From an uncultured Candidatus Peregrinibacteria bacterium (GTDB lineage: Bacteria > Patescibacteriota > Gracilibacteria > Peribacterales > Peribacteraceae), in assembly GCA_913054215.1 (NCBI GenBank), contig CAJXJE010000001.1, positions 1 through 27,841 on the forward strand: a stretch of DNA of 27,841 nt. The letters run 5' to 3'. Under the pieces are notes generated by a model. It ran no database searches, was not told the DNA's origin, and saw only the letters and a program-made list of their open reading frames with translations. This document shows, piece after piece, positions 17,520 to 25,023 of this stretch (position 1 is the first letter of the stretch; each line of letters starts with the position of its first letter). The position numbers and the translations under genes were made by a program.

Positions 17520-17801
17520 ATGTCAGAGACTTTCGAACTACCAGAGACAGATGAGAACAGCGTGGCTGCACTCCAGCTTGGTGCCACAAAAGACGGCCAA
17601 GTTGAGGATACGACAGGTGCACTTAAAAATGCAGACACAGTGAGCTCAGTTGAGACCACAGATCTTACCGATGCAACACTTCGCGATCGCATCGAACCAT
17701 TGGTTGCAGGTGGAGCATCTGAGATTGATTTGGATGTTACCCGTGTAGAGCTTGATGAACAATTGCAAGAATCTATCGTGGCAAAGCAACTTGAACTCTA
17801 G
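17520..17801 (+). CDS. Acidic protein with STAS-like (anti-sigma antagonist) similarity that continues past the TAG
   Basis: LRDRIEPLVAGGASEIDLDVTRVELDEQLQESIV resembles the STAS core; the in-frame sequence after TAG reads RRGISLRVIGL. Confidence 0.55.
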   Translation: MSETFELPETDENSVAALQLGATKDGQVEDTTGALKNADTVSSVETTDLTDATLRDRIEPLVAGGASEIDLDVTRVELDEQLQESIVAKQLEL

Positions 17802-17953
17802 AGACGCGGTATTAGTCTTCGTGTTATTGGTCTAAAGAGTGCAGCAAATGAAGGACGCAATGACCGGTACGGGTAATGTTGTCACAAAGGCGAATATGGT
17901 AACAGAATTCCAGCAAGCAGCCTAAGGCCTAAATCATACTTTTGACCTATAGT

Positions 17954-17978
17954 AAGCGACTTCCGATGGAGGTCGCTT
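17954..17978 (+). terminator. Hairpin, probable intrinsic terminator
   Basis: aagcgacttcc-gat-ggaggtcgctt, 11-bp stem with one G-U pair; short T run follows. Confidence 0.5.
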
Positions 17979-18026
17979 TCTAAAATGGCCTATTTCTGCT
18001 ATAATTATCTGAATTCTTCACAAACT

Positions 18027-18734
18027 ATGGAAGAGCTAAAAAACACATTCAACACCGAACCAGACCAAAAGCCAGAGGACGATCGTCCGCCTCTCTGGAA
18101 GCAGATCCTCGGAGCCGTTATCGGTGGAGGACTCGCACTCGCTCTGTACTACGGATACGAGTATGCAAAACCTCAGGTGACTGCATACCTCACACTTCCT
18201 GTCGTAGAAGGTGGTCGCCTCTTCGATTTGGGAGCTTCGAACATTGCAGATAAAACAATGGATGCCGGAAACCGAAAGCGCATCCTCAGTCGTGGGCTTC
18301 GTGCTGCAGGTATGTTGCAAGATAACACCAAGAACGACCCATCACTGCTCAGCTCTGTCGATAATCACTCACTCGATATCGCATGGCCAGGTCATAACAA
18401 AGACGATCCAAAATATGCAGAGGCGATCAAAGAAGATATACAGCCAGGTATTTCACGAGCAGTAACAGATAAGCTTAAGGAGTGGGAGAAAGACGTCGAT
18501 AACCAGAAGCTCATGGCACGCGTAATGGAAGAGCAAATGGCTACAAAGGAAATGGAAATAGAAGATGCATGGGAAGACCTCTGGGGTGATATTCACGAAG
18601 AGGAAAGCGAGAACGCCGTAGAGCATTCCAATGCAAAAGGACTTCCAGATACTGGGTTCGGTATTGGGTTCGTAGCAATAGGAGCTGCAGGTGGTGCTTG
18701 GGGAACCAGAAAAAAGAAGAAAAGTAGAAAATAA
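18027..18734 (+). CDS. Membrane protein with N-terminal TM and C-terminal LPXTG sorting signal
   Basis: WKQILGAVIGGGLALALYYGY TM; C-terminus LPDTG-FGIGFVAIGAAGGAWG-TRKKKKSRK. ATG 18027. Confidence 0.7.
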   Translation: MEELKNTFNTEPDQKPEDDRPPLWKQILGAVIGGGLALALYYGYEYAKPQVTAYLTLPVVEGGRLFDLGASNIADKTMDAGNRKRILSRGLRAAGMLQDNTKNDPSLLSSVDNHSLDIAWPGHNKDDPKYAEAIKEDIQPGISRAVTDKLKEWEKDVDNQKLMARVMEEQMATKEMEIEDAWEDLWGDIHEEESENAVEHSNAKGLPDTGFGIGFVAIGAAGGAWGTRKKKKSRK

Positions 18735-18775
18735 GAAAACCTGAAAGAGGTTAAGCTTTTCAGTTTTTCAGTTTT
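18735..18775. repeat. Inverted TTTTCA-octamer array forming a hairpin
   Basis: gaaaacctgaaag (18735-18747) pairs with ttttcagtttttc (18757-18769) with one mismatch and one G-U pair. Confidence 0.65.
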
Positions 18776-18787
18776 CCATCTAAAGTA

Positions 18788-19531
18788 GTGGGCATGACAA
18801 TCTTATTCGTTGTCCTCGGCCTTGTTTTCGGAAGCTTCGGTTCTGTTCTTGTTACACGCATCCCGGGTGGTAAAACTATTGTTGGACGCTCCGGTTGTCC
18901 GCATTGCCACAAAACTCTTACACCGCTAGAACTCATACCCGTCATAAGCTATCTCTTTCTTCGAGGCAGGTGTAAAGAGTGCAAGGTACCGATTGGATGG
19001 ATGTATCCCACGATAGAAATCCTCTCAGCACTACTTTTCCTTGCTGCGTGGCAGCTGCATGGTGAACCTATTACTGCCGCTCTTCTGGGACTTGTTCTAT
19101 GGCTCCTCTTGATTATTGGATTTATCGATGCGTATACACAGACCATTTCGGATCTTCTCAACATTCCTCTACTCGTTCTTGCGGTTCTCTACAGCATGCT
19201 TCTAGGACAGTTTGAAATTGGTGGTATCGTCCTCGGAGTGGCTTTCTTTGGGGCTCAGTGGCTTCTGAGTCGTGGTAAGTGCCTCGGGAGCGGGGATATC
19301 ATCTTAGCCGCTGGTATAGGGGCTCTAGTAGGCAGCTGGGAGCGCATGGTGGCGTGCCTGTTCCTTGTGTATGTCATAGGGGCTCTCATCGCCAGTACCC
19401 TCCTGCTGACAGGGCGCGTCAAACGAGGACAGTACATCGCATTTGCCCCGTTTATGGCGATAGGAGCTATTGCTACAGTCTTCTTTCAGTCGAGGATAGA
19501 TCAGTTTATAGCGCTGTATATAGGCATATAA
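18788..19531 (+). CDS. pilD: Prepilin peptidase (A24 family)
   Basis: FGSFGSV..RIP, RSGCPHC...LIPVISYLFLRGRCKEC zinc site, FIDAY and GSGD catalytic Asp motifs, IAFAPF. Start is GTG 18788 or ATG 18794. Confidence 0.92.
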   Translation: MGMTILFVVLGLVFGSFGSVLVTRIPGGKTIVGRSGCPHCHKTLTPLELIPVISYLFLRGRCKECKVPIGWMYPTIEILSALLFLAAWQLHGEPITAALLGLVLWLLLIIGFIDAYTQTISDLLNIPLLVLAVLYSMLLGQFEIGGIVLGVAFFGAQWLLSRGKCLGSGDIILAAGIGALVGSWERMVACLFLVYVIGALIASTLLLTGRVKRGQYIAFAPFMAIGAIATVFFQSRIDQFIALYIGI

Positions 19532-19632
19532 AATAGCAGGCTCTCGCCCAAAACTGAGTGAAAGCCTGATAAGGCATCGCATGTTAACGGTATACACCGT
19601 GCCCGCTCCGGAGAGAGGCGACCATTACGATA
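19528..19632 (-). ncRNA. Candidate structured small RNA (three hairpins), family unassigned
   Basis: Downstream of a minus-strand promoter; C(UCCG)G hairpin 19601-19619, hairpin 19587-19600, terminator-like hairpin 19537-19568 followed by CUAUUUUAU. Confidence 0.45.
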
Positions 19633-19638
19633 TTAAGA

Positions 19639-19666
19639 AGCTTACTGTAAATTTGATATTTGTCAA
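19639..19666 (-). promoter_or_regulatory. Promoter TTGACA-16-TAAGCT, divergent from smpB
   Basis: Reverse complement of tgtcaa (19661-19666) and agctta (19639-19644). Confidence 0.55.
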
Positions 19667-19725
19667 GCCTTCAAAAAGGTCTAAATTGTATCTAAATGGC
19701 CAATTTGAGCTATAATTTAAAAGAA

Positions 19726-20166
19726 ATGAAGATTGTGGCTCAAAATCGGCGTGCAAGATACGATTATGACATCGTAGACACCCTAGAGGCTGGAATATCG
19801 CTTACAGGCCAGGAGGTGAAATCCTGCCGTATGGGAAACGTCAATTTGGGCGGATCCTACGTATCTCTCATCTCCGGAAAGCCCGTTATCAAGGGGATGA
19901 AGATTGCGAAGTATAACTTCGCTTCCACTGTCGAAGACTATCAGCCCGGACGAGATCGCGTGCTTCTTATGAAGAAACGCGAGGTGGAAAAGCTCACATC
20001 AACTCTCGCAGAAAAAGGGGTGTCGCTCATTCCACTCGAAGTAAAAGCGGGCAAATATATCAAAGTAACGCTTGGTCTTGGAAAGGGAAGAAAGCGATAC
20101 GACAAGAGACAGAACAAGAAAGAGAAGGATATTAAGAGGAGGCTGAAAGAAGGGCGGGAGGTGTAA
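19726..20166 (+). CDS. smpB: SsrA-binding protein
   Basis: NRRARYDY, EAGISLTGQEVKS, RVLLMKKRE, GKGRKRYDKR. ATG 19726 with TATAAT 9 nt upstream. Confidence 0.97.
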   Translation: MKIVAQNRRARYDYDIVDTLEAGISLTGQEVKSCRMGNVNLGGSYVSLISGKPVIKGMKIAKYNFASTVEDYQPGRDRVLLMKKREVEKLTSTLAEKGVSLIPLEVKAGKYIKVTLGLGKGRKRYDKRQNKKEKDIKRRLKEGREV

Positions 20167-20181
20167 CGACAAAAAAGCAAA

Positions 20182-20269
20182 TCTGAAAAACTGAAAAGTT
20201 GAAAAAGTACTATGGCTCTATATCCATAAAAGAATTACTTTCAGGTTTTCAAATTTTCAAATTTTCAAT
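20182..20269. repeat. Inverted octamer arrays: (x-x-TGAAAA)x3, spacer, (TTTTCA-x-x)x4
   Basis: tctgaaaa actgaaaa gttgaaaa (20182-20205) and ctttcagg ttttcaaa ttttcaaa ttttcaat (20238-20269). Confidence 0.8.
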
Positions 20270-20280
20270 ATTATTCTTAC

Positions 20281-20877
20281 ATGTCACTTCTTCCACCACA
20301 AATCCAAAAGACGATCGAAGAGTTTTCCAAGCTCCCCGGCATTGGCCCAAAGTCTGCAGAGCGTCTTACATTCCATCTTTTACGCAGTAGTAAGGCATCT
20401 CCAGAGGGTCTTGGTGATTCACTCAAGAGCCTGAAAAACGAACTGAAGTACTGCAGAGATTGTCAGATGGTCACCCTCCAAGAGCAGTGCAGCTTGTGTG
20501 CAGATACTTCGCGTGATCACACCACCATCCTCGTTGTCGAAAACCCACTCGATGTTATCGCGTTTGAAAAGACGTTATTTAAAGGTGTGTATCACGTACT
20601 ACACGGAGTACTCTCCCCCATCGATGGGATGGGTCCGGAGCAACTCAAAATGAAAGAACTCGTCGACCGTTGTACGGACGGCAGCATCACAGAAATTATC
20701 GTCGCGACGAATCCGGATGTCGAAGGAGAAGCAACGGCCAGTTATATTCTAAAGCAACTGGGTGGAAAGATAGAAAAAGTAACCCGTCTCGCACACGGTC
20801 TTCCGATGGGTGCCGATATCGAATTTGCCGATCAAGTTACCCTTAAAGAGGCTCTCGTTGGGCGGCGGGATCTCTGA
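20281..20877 (+). CDS. recR: Recombination mediator RecR
   Basis: LPGIGPKSAERL, C4 zinc finger CRDC...CSLC, VVENPLDV, YHVLHG, ATNPDVEGEATA, RLAHGLPMG. Confidence 0.97.
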   Translation: MSLLPPQIQKTIEEFSKLPGIGPKSAERLTFHLLRSSKASPEGLGDSLKSLKNELKYCRDCQMVTLQEQCSLCADTSRDHTTILVVENPLDVIAFEKTLFKGVYHVLHGVLSPIDGMGPEQLKMKELVDRCTDGSITEIIVATNPDVEGEATASYILKQLGGKIEKVTRLAHGLPMGADIEFADQVTLKEALVGRRDL

Positions 20878-20886
20878 GAAATTTGT

Positions 20887-21861
20887 TTAAGCGAGTCCGT
20901 TTTTACTTCTACAATGCTGTATTGCAGAATATCTAGGGTTAAATGCGCACCGAGTACCTGCTACATGAGTAAACATTTCTCCTTCGTCGCAGAACTTACG
21001 TACTCTTGCTAATGTTTTACCGGTGCTACGCGTGTCATCAATCAGCATTAATTCTTTTCCTTGTACTAATTCTTGTACTTTACCTGGTTCACTGATAGGA
21101 GTTACTTCTACAGAACCTCCGTCATAACGGACAACAAATCCATAGGTGTCATTTGGGTTTTGGATATGACTATCGAGAATCACAACAACTGTAGCTGTTT
21201 CTACCTCACTCAACTGCTGGCGCATTACTGATGCATATCCAATCATGCCGGAATAGGAGAGCACTGCAGGGACTGTTGATTCGGTATTCGTACCAATAGA
21301 TTGTCGTGCTATTTGATGGGAGAAGTTATGAGGACCCGCTTTATAGACTTGAAATGTTTTTCCTGCATCAACATTACGTAGTAACAAACCATCACCATAC
21401 ATAGCAGATTCTGCAATGTCTCCGAGATGCTCTAAATCTGAACTATCAGTGCTTTTACTAATACCTAGGGTATAGTTTCTCAGAAATTCTGTTTGCATAT
21501 CAGGCAAGCCATCCATTATCTTTAGTACATAATAAAAGAAAAGACCGTGCTCCATACCGGGGTAATGACGAGCTTTATTAGCGAGTATCCAGTTGATGTA
21601 TCGTTGTGGCGCACCAGGAAGAGTGCCTTTTGTAGTGTTGTGGTTAATATCAAATGCTAGATCTCGTGGAAGATAGACTCCATGGTCAGGATTAGAAGAC
21701 CTTGCGTCGTCAGTATTGCTTAAATGGAGAAGACGAAGAATGGCATCACGCATTTGCCCAATCGTTTCAAAGGGATTTTGCTCTACCATTCTCTTCAAAA
21801 AACTTGGAGCAGCATCCTCTTCATTTGTGCCGCCTCTTTCTCTTTGGCACTTTACACCCAT
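20887..21861 (-). CDS. Hypothetical protein with C-terminal type I phosphoribosyltransferase motif
   Basis: LMLIDDTRSTGKTL matches the PRPP-binding loop; the N-terminal ~200 aa are unrecognised. ATG 21861 is preceded by TAGATA-16-TATAGT. Confidence 0.6.
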   Translation of the reverse strand: MGVKCQRERGGTNEEDAAPSFLKRMVEQNPFETIGQMRDAILRLLHLSNTDDARSSNPDHGVYLPRDLAFDINHNTTKGTLPGAPQRYINWILANKARHYPGMEHGLFFYYVLKIMDGLPDMQTEFLRNYTLGISKSTDSSDLEHLGDIAESAMYGDGLLLRNVDAGKTFQVYKAGPHNFSHQIARQSIGTNTESTVPAVLSYSGMIGYASVMRQQLSEVETATVVVILDSHIQNPNDTYGFVVRYDGGSVEVTPISEPGKVQELVQGKELMLIDDTRSTGKTLARVRKFCDEGEMFTHVAGTRCAFNPRYSAIQHCRSKNGLA

Positions 21862-21921
21862 ATGTATACTATACAATAAAATAATAACTTATCTAGTATA
21901 AAGAAAGCCTTATTTTAAGCC

Positions 21922-23424
21922 CTAATGCCGAAACGCCCTGATTCCTGTGGTCACCATCACAATCCCCAGCTCGTTGGCTTTGGCGATCACTTCTTCGTCT
22001 CGGATAGAACCACCCGGTTGAATAATAGCGGTGATACCATTTTTAGCAGCCTCTTCAATGCTATCGGCAAACGGGAAGAACGCATCTGATGCCATGACAC
22101 TTCCCTTCGCTTTATCCCCCGCACGGCGAGCGGCAATGATCGTACTGTCGACACGACTTGTCTGGCCGCATCCGATCCCCGTGGTCACTTTATCTTTCGC
22201 AAACACGATCGCATTACTCTTCGCATTTTTCACAACGACCCATGTAAAGAGTAGGTCTTCGATCTGTGCGTCCGTCGGCTTGGCATCCGTCACCACCGTC
22301 AGGTCATCTTTGGTCAGCACCTTCGTGTCTTGTTCTTGAATGAGCATTCCACCGAGCATACTTCTGGCAGTCATGGGGTTCTTTTCTTCGGGGCAGCTCA
22401 TTTCTATCGCACGGAGCTTTGGCCGTTTCTTCAGTAGTTTAAGCGCTTCTGGCTCATACCCTGGTGCAATAATCACTTCGGCAAAAATCTTCTGATCGAT
22501 AATTTTTTGAATCACTTCTGCAGTACACGGTCGATTTAATGCAACGATCACACCGAAAGCACTTAAGCGATCGGCGTCGTAACATCTCTGGAATGCTTCG
22601 GCAATATCGTCGTGACTTGCAACACCCGACGGGTTGGCGTGCTTGATGCACGCTGCTGTTGGCTCTTCGTATTCGCACACCAAATTCCATGCACCATCTG
22701 CATCCAAAATATTGAGGTAGCTCATCTGCTTCTCTTCTTGGATTACTTTCCACGCGCGATCGTATTCATACAAATCATAATAATAGCCTTGCTGATGAGG
22801 GTTCTCTCCATAGCGAAGCTCCATTCTATTACGCACAAGTATTCCACCCTTTTCCGCTCCAGATAGGGCTTTTGTAATAGTCGCGTCATAGGCCATCGTG
22901 CGTTCAAACACTTTGACAGCCAGCTCCGATCGAAGCTCCAGTGACGTGTCACCGTCCTTCTCAATCTGTTCCATCACCCGATCGTAATCGGCAACGTCAC
23001 ACACAACAGTCACATAGTTTTTATTTTTCGCCGCACTTCTCAGAAGTGTCGGACCACCGATATCAATCTGTTTAATTAACTCGTCACCAGTGATTCCTTT
23101 TGCAACAGACTCCTCGAAAGGATACAAATTTACCACCACTAAATCGATCGGTTCGATCTCCATTTTTTTTGCGTCCGCATCATCCTCGCCACGACGGAAA
23201 AGCACGCCTCCCATAATCTTCGGATGCATCGTTTTGACACGGCCACCAAAGCACTCCGGAAATCCCGTGACATCATCCACGGCAGTCACCGCGATCCCTG
23301 CATCAGAAATAGTCTTCAAAGTGCCTCCTGTAGAGATAATTTCGTACCCAGCAGCAATAAGCCGCTTGGCAAATTCAGCAACTCCAGTCTTGTCAGAAAC
23401 GGAAATGAGAGCTCTTTTTGGCAT
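21922..23424 (-). CDS. purH: Bifunctional AICAR transformylase/IMP cyclohydrolase
   Basis: RALISVSDKTG, GGRVKTMHP, IDIGGPTLLRSAAKN, LRYGENPHQ, SYLNILD, KHANPSG, KSNAI, GQTSRVD, ASDAFFPF. ATG 23424. Confidence 0.97.
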   Translation of the reverse strand: MPKRALISVSDKTGVAEFAKRLIAAGYEIISTGGTLKTISDAGIAVTAVDDVTGFPECFGGRVKTMHPKIMGGVLFRRGEDDADAKKMEIEPIDLVVVNLYPFEESVAKGITGDELIKQIDIGGPTLLRSAAKNKNYVTVVCDVADYDRVMEQIEKDGDTSLELRSELAVKVFERTMAYDATITKALSGAEKGGILVRNRMELRYGENPHQQGYYYDLYEYDRAWKVIQEEKQMSYLNILDADGAWNLVCEYEEPTAACIKHANPSGVASHDDIAEAFQRCYDADRLSAFGVIVALNRPCTAEVIQKIIDQKIFAEVIIAPGYEPEALKLLKKRPKLRAIEMSCPEEKNPMTARSMLGGMLIQEQDTKVLTKDDLTVVTDAKPTDAQIEDLLFTWVVVKNAKSNAIVFAKDKVTTGIGCGQTSRVDSTIIAARRAGDKAKGSVMASDAFFPFADSIEEAAKNGITAIIQPGGSIRDEEVIAKANELGIVMVTTGIRAFRH

Positions 23425-23545
23425 CAGAAAGCAGATTGGAAGGCGAAATCGATTATAGAGGTTCCTCTTCACATTGCCAGCGGATTCCCAAATTGCTTAA
23501 AAGCGCTAATTCTGGGAGAATATAAGGATTATTCGCTAATTTAGC

Positions 23546-23961
23546 ATGGCCAAAAAGGACAAAAAAAACCAACAAAAAAGGCACCTGCAAAGCCCACCTC
23601 CGCCAAGAAGGGTAAAAAGATTCTGATTGTTGAGGATGAACGCCCTCTCGCACATGCGCTAGAACTCAAGTTTACGCACGAAGGATATGACGTCACTATC
23701 GCTACAGATGGTGCTGAAGGATTAAAAATTGCTAATGCAGAGAAGTTTTCGATGATTCTTCTAGATCTCATCATGCCGCAGATTGATGGGTTTACGTTTA
23801 TGGAACAGCTCAAGAAGAAGTCACCCATCATTATCCTCAGTAACTTAGGACAAGAAGAAGACAAAGAGCGGGCAAAGCAGTTGGGTGCTGTGGACTACTT
23901 CGTCAAATCGAATACCCCTATTGTTGAAATCATTAAAAAAGTTCAATCCAGCATTAAGTAA
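23546..23961 (+). pseudogene. Single-domain response regulator with a -1 frameshift in an A8 run (pseudogene, recoded gene or sequencing error)
   Basis: ATG 23546 is out of frame with KILIVEDE...LLDLIMPQIDG...ILSN...FVK. One extra A in 23561-23568 restores MAKKDKKKPTKKAPAK...; no in-frame ATG/GTG lies upstream of the receiver. Confidence 0.75.
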
Positions 23962-23963
23962 CT

Positions 23964-24794
23964 ATGGCTCTTAAAGACATCGAACTCGGCGAAATACTTC
24001 TAGCCCAGAGCTATGTCTCTGAGGAGGAACTTAAAACTGCACAAAAGTCTGCGAAAGATCGCAAGATGAGCTTGTTTGCTGTATTGATGGAGAAAGGTCT
24101 TCTCACACAGTCCCTCTACGAGCAGGCATTAGCCGAACATTACAAGTTGCCATTTTATGACATCACAGAAACCCCAACGAAGCCAGAACTGATTGCTAAG
24201 CTACCCGAAGAGATAGCACGCACGTATCACGTGATCATCGTCAAAAAAGAAGGCAATACGCTTACCGTAGCAACATCCGAGCCAGGTGATGTCACATTGG
24301 AAGAGGCCATTCGCTTAAACTTCGAGCAAGAGGAAGCGACCATGCCAGAAAAGCCAGAGAAAGAATCAAAAGATGCCAAAGGAAAGAAGGGTAAAAAGCA
24401 AAAGACAAAATCCAAACCAAAGCCTAAAAAGTCTGGAGGGCTTTTCTCCTCGAAGAAGACTAGATCAGCGAAGAAATTTAGCGGCAAGATCAACTTTGTG
24501 TTTACAGCACAGGAGAATATCGACTCTGCATTACATCACTTCCGCAAACCTCTTGCGACGCGGTTCCAAAAGATTATCGAAGAGCAGCACAAAGTCGCAC
24601 CAGAGATAGAAAACCTCATTATTCATCGTGCAACCAGTGCAGATATTAATGAGTTAGCACGCAAGAAAGGCATGAAACTGATGTTTGAAGATGGTTTTGA
24701 TAAAGCGCTTTCGGGCTTAACAACCATAGAAGAGTTGATGCGTGTCGCAGCTCCTCCTGCAATTATGTTCTCTAAGAAACGTGCCAAGAAGTAA
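23964..24794 (+). pseudogene. pilB: PilB/GspE-type assembly ATPase lacking the entire ATPase core (in-frame deletion)
   Basis: N-terminal LGEILL...LPEEIARTYHVI domain and C-terminal ELARKKGMKLMFEDGFDKALSGLTTIEELMRV are both present, but only 276 aa; no Walker A/B, Asp box, His box or Cys4 motif. Junction at ...KVAPEI|ENLII... near 24600-24608. Confidence 0.8.
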
Positions 24795-25020
24795 ATCCAA
24801 AAAAGCGGCAAAGAAGAAATCCACTCCTCGCAAGAAGAAGGATACAAAGAAGGTAAAGAGGAAATTCTTCACACTCACCTTAAGACTACGTTGCTCCTAC
24901 GGAGAAAAAAGGAAAGCTCGGACAGTTCTTTGCGTCCGTCAACAATATGGGAATGGGAAAGCAGAGAGTGGCCATGATGCAGAGCTTGGCTATGATGATG
25001 GGTGCAGGACTTCCGCTCTC
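24781..25020 (+). pseudogene. pilC: 5' fragment of PilC/GspF platform protein, frameshifted and truncated
   Basis: GTG 24781 Lys-rich leader; at least one frameshift at 24850-24890; then DYVAPT...RVAMMQSLAMMMGAGLPL, matching the T2SSF-domain start (QLAxMxxAGLPL); similarity stops abruptly. Confidence 0.7.
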
Positions 25021-25023
25021 TTC

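Noticed and set aside
19528-19700. tmRNA (ssrA) expected next to smpB
   Set aside because: No GGGG 5' acceptor strand, no T-arm, no CCA end, and the small ORF does not end in an Ala-Ala-type tag.
1984-20269. CRISPR array
   Set aside because: Repeats are 7-8-bp tandem units without spacers or a two-copy 46-bp repeat; no cas genes.
16935-20877. Genetic code 25 (TGA=Gly) as in Gracilibacteria
   Set aside because: recR ends at TGA at its normal length, and conserved genes show no internal TGA.
23425-23545. ZTP/PRPP/purine riboswitch upstream of purH
   Set aside because: Only a weak hairpin is visible and none of the conserved riboswitch sequence blocks were found; pyrB likewise has no room for an attenuator.
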